Origin: Tortispora ganteri
Lineage: Eukaryota
Length of the DNA: 64,000 nt
Direction of reading: 5' to 3'
Assembly: GCA_003707115.1 (NCBI GenBank)
Contig: PPNB01000003.1
Location: forward strand, 1 to 64,000
The first letter of the stretch is position 1. Each line of letters begins with the position of its first letter. Below are positions 63,092 through 64,000 of the stretch, piece after piece. Below the pieces are notes generated by a model. It was not told the DNA's origin, did no database searches, and saw only the letters and a list, made by a program, of their open reading frames with translations. The position numbers were made by a program, and so were the translations under genes.

Positions 63092-63216
63092 CTTACGATT
63101 TAAATTTATGACATTTAATATTTGCAGTTATATTTTTGTACTATATTTATTCCATATTCGTATCCCCATTAGAACAGCTGTGCTCCGCACATTCGTTTAA
63201 AATTTGAAGTTTTTCC

Positions 63217-63435
63217 TTACAAAGGTTTCTGTGACTCAGACAACATCTGCACAATCGATTGAGACGTAGCAAATTCCGTTCCTATTGCACTGTTTTGAGA
63301 GCTAACAACAGACAATGGAACGCCGTATTTCTCGAGACCGATACTGCGTCTGATTGCAGCGTAAGCATAAACACCGCTGGCTATAGTGAAAAGTGATACT
63401 GCCGCTGTTCGCGTACTTATTGTCGACAGAACCAT
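63217..63435 (-). CDS. Small hypothetical single-pass membrane protein
   Basis: 72-aa ATG ORF, GC-richer than its flanks, one hydrophobic segment (AAVSLFTIASGVYAYAAI) followed by RR. No family recognised. Confidence 0.45.
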   Translation of the reverse strand: MVLSTISTRTAAVSLFTIASGVYAYAAIRRSIGLEKYGVPLSVVSSQNSAIGTEFATSQSIVQMLSESQKPL

Positions 63436-64000
63436 ATCGTCAAATTCAGTCGAAAAACTTCAGTTTTCTGTGATAGTTATTTAGTTCCTATTAGCTTGTC
63501 TTCTTCTTAATTAGATGAACAAAAGAAAGAGATGCCCTCCTGGCCTATTACTTATATAATAAGCTAACAAAACCTGTTCCGAACATTACCGTGCCCAAAC
63601 ATTCTTAAACTCTATTAGCCGTTTCCCCAGTATATTTATCCAATCACAACGTATAATTAATGTAATAATTAATGTAATAAAACCTTATCAGACGTCTGGA
63701 TTGAACTCTGTTCTCCCTACCTTCGACAGCTTGACCTCAGTCTACACGCTAGTCACTGTGCTATCTGGGGTATACACAACATTAAATTATGTTTTAATAA
63801 TAATATAAGTGTAAGCACAACTTTTGTGGTACCAGCAATACTCTGTAAGACCTTCTGGTCACTGAAATAGCCTCTTTCCCCGGATACTTCCGTGGTTGTC
63901 AGGCAGTCCAAATCACCCCACGATTTTCCTAGCTAAAGGCCGAAACAAGGCCGCCGATCGACAGACGCTGGAAAACTCAAACAAGGGTGCTTTTGTTAAA

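Noticed and set aside
63860..63955. Hammerhead-ribozyme-like GGCCGAAAC...GGCC
   Set aside because: No CTGANGA core in the right position and no flanking helices.

Overview
Gene-dense eukaryotic DNA from a budding-yeast-type ascomycete. An early-diverging Saccharomycotina lineage is inferred: few, very short introns (GTAAGT/GTATGT...CTAAC...YAG), CUG read as Leu at conserved positions, and head-to-head FAS1/FAS2. It holds about 32 protein-coding genes, nearly all housekeeping: a TRP/Yvc1-like channel (cut by the window edge), CYSTM protein, SAY1-like hydrolase, PAT1, a KTR mannosyltransferase, MRPS12, SHE9, a PYP1-like HAD phosphatase, GEF1, DPB3-like, RIP1, HUB1, TVP15, CLP1, PPG1, APL6, D-amino-acid oxidase, thioredoxin, an OTU deubiquitinase, NIT2-like, NTE1, a degenerate DEAD-box protein, PRS5, two tandem OPT transporters, BER1, FAS1, FAS2, VIP1, UTP21 and a few orphan ORFs, plus one tRNA-Ala(AGC). 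The ORF track misses a five-exon HUB1 gene, the 5' exons of PAT1 and the HAD phosphatase, the TRP channel and the tRNA. I saw no mobile element, CRISPR array or clearly foreign DNA, and cannot claim a new biological system. The best leads are: intron-packed HUB1 with a tandem 5' splice site, an orphan intron with overlapping donors, a pseudo-helicase, a 53-Glu tract, overlapping convergent CDSs, a dual-start thioredoxin and recurrent promoter motifs. All calls are by eye, without database searches.
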